From an uncultured Gemmatimonadales bacterium (lineage in GTDB: Bacteria; Gemmatimonadota; Gemmatimonadetes; Gemmatimonadales; GWC2-71-9): DNA of 64,000 bases. Below are positions 63,508 through 64,000 of the stretch, in pieces. The position numbers were made by a program, and so were the translations under genes. Location of the stretch: the NCBI GenBank assembly GCA_963844035.1, contig CAWJMT010000035.1, positions 9,537-73,536 on the forward strand, given 5' to 3'. The notes under the pieces were generated by a model, which was given only the letters and a program-made list of their open reading frames with translations, ran no database searches and was not told the origin of the DNA. How positions within the stretch are numbered: the first letter of the stretch is position 1; each line of letters begins with the position of its first letter.

Positions 63508-64000
63508 GAGGCGGCCGCCAGCTCCACACGCAGCAGCTTGTCGCCCAGGAGGATCCGGGAACGATGTTGCAGCGTCATGTCGCCGCGGGCGGCGATCGCC
63601 ACGCCGTTGCGGCTGCCGGCGTCGATCACCACAAAATCGGCGTCCTCCGACCGGATGGTGGCGTGCGCCGCGCTCATGGATGGATCGTACGGAAACAACC
63701 ACTCGCCCCGCTCGCGGCCGATCTGGATGTCCCGGCCGGGGGAAAGCTGCACCACGTCCCGCGAGCTCCCGTCGGAGCGGAGCTGGGTCAAGCTGGCGAT
63801 GTCGGCGCTCGGGATCAGGCTCCCCATGCGCTTCGTGGCATCGACATCGGGTGCGGTGGGTCCCGGATAGCCGAGGCGCCGGAACCGGACCACCTGCGAT
63901 CCGATCAGCACCAGATCACCGTCCACCAGCCGGTAGGGCGCTTCGAGAAACACCCACGTTCCATTCCGGCTCCCCAGGTCGCGCACGACCAGCTGGTCGC
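63504..64000 (-). CDS. Tandem-FHA-domain protein (5' end beyond the window)
   Basis: ..VRDLGSRNGTWV.. and ..MSAAHATI..VVIDAGSRNGVAI.. are two FHA cores. The stop overlaps the kinase start (ATGA). The frame is still open at 64000. Confidence 0.85.
   Translation of the reverse strand, partial: DQLVVRDLGSRNGTWVFLEAPYRLVDGDLVLIGSQVVRFRRLGYPGPTAPDVDATKRMGSLIPSADIASLTQLRSDGSSRDVVQLSPGRDIQIGRERGEWLFPYDPSMSAAHATIRSEDADFVVIDAGSRNGVAIAARGDMTLQHRSRILLGDKLLRVELAAAS

Noticed and set aside
1-64000. I looked for an integron integrase, transposases, IS ends, tRNA/rRNA genes, and restriction, CBASS or retron-type defence genes.
   Set aside because: No ORF in any frame shows tyrosine-recombinase, DDE-transposase, reverse-transcriptase or nuclease/helicase defence signatures that I could recognise. 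No tRNA-like T-arm (GGTTCGAATCC-type) sequences were seen in the intergenic gaps.

Overview
This is a high-GC bacterial chromosomal fragment, by eye about two-thirds to 70% G+C. I recognised no rRNA, tRNA, CRISPR array, transposase or integrase.

**Cassette array (1 to ~19.9 kb, fossil traces to ~21.7 kb).** The left third looks like an integron-type gene-cassette array. A ~141-bp repeat starting GCCTAAC and ending GTTAGGC (attC-like) sits directly 3' of single, co-oriented, mostly small ORFs. These encode many lipoproteins and secreted proteins, a methyltransferase, an SDR, a PLD, a RibD_C-like protein, a YpfJ-like peptidase, an MltF-like protein, and DUF4375, YciI and DUF4142 proteins. The attC copies are intact near the left edge and become progressively truncated to the right.

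**Top candidate for something new (2.1-5.3 kb).** One cassette-sized slot holds a reverse-oriented, translationally coupled three-gene module:
- a coiled-coil + HEAT protein;
- a ParA/MinD ATPase;
- a Pro-rich + coiled-coil protein.

Its architecture and gene order mirror the myxobacterial PomY-PomZ-PomX division-site positioning system.

**Rest of the window.**
- 21.7-26.3 kb is accessory: cyclase, DUF4256, a LysE pseudogene, DoxX-like, hydrolase, GyrI-like, methyltransferase.
- 26.4-50 kb is core: TrpB2, trpS, MgtC, pilT, purA, YpdA-like, glycerate kinase, glyQS, Hsp20, HDAC-like, dipeptide epimerase, priA, fur, pyruvoyl ArgDC, ccdA.
- 50-52 kb carries an OMP gene, a half attC and a second, ~95% identical copy of the YpfJ-like gene.
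- 52-59.5 kb carries a GMC oxidoreductase, ggt and murQ-anmK-GH3.
- 59.5-64 kb is an FHA / Ser-Thr kinase / PP2C / FHA-protease operon.

**Caveats.** At least a dozen conserved genes need frame corrections, and the indels are clustered. This means either assembly error or pseudogenisation, so coordinates for those genes are composites. All homology calls come from motif recognition in the supplied translations, not from searches.
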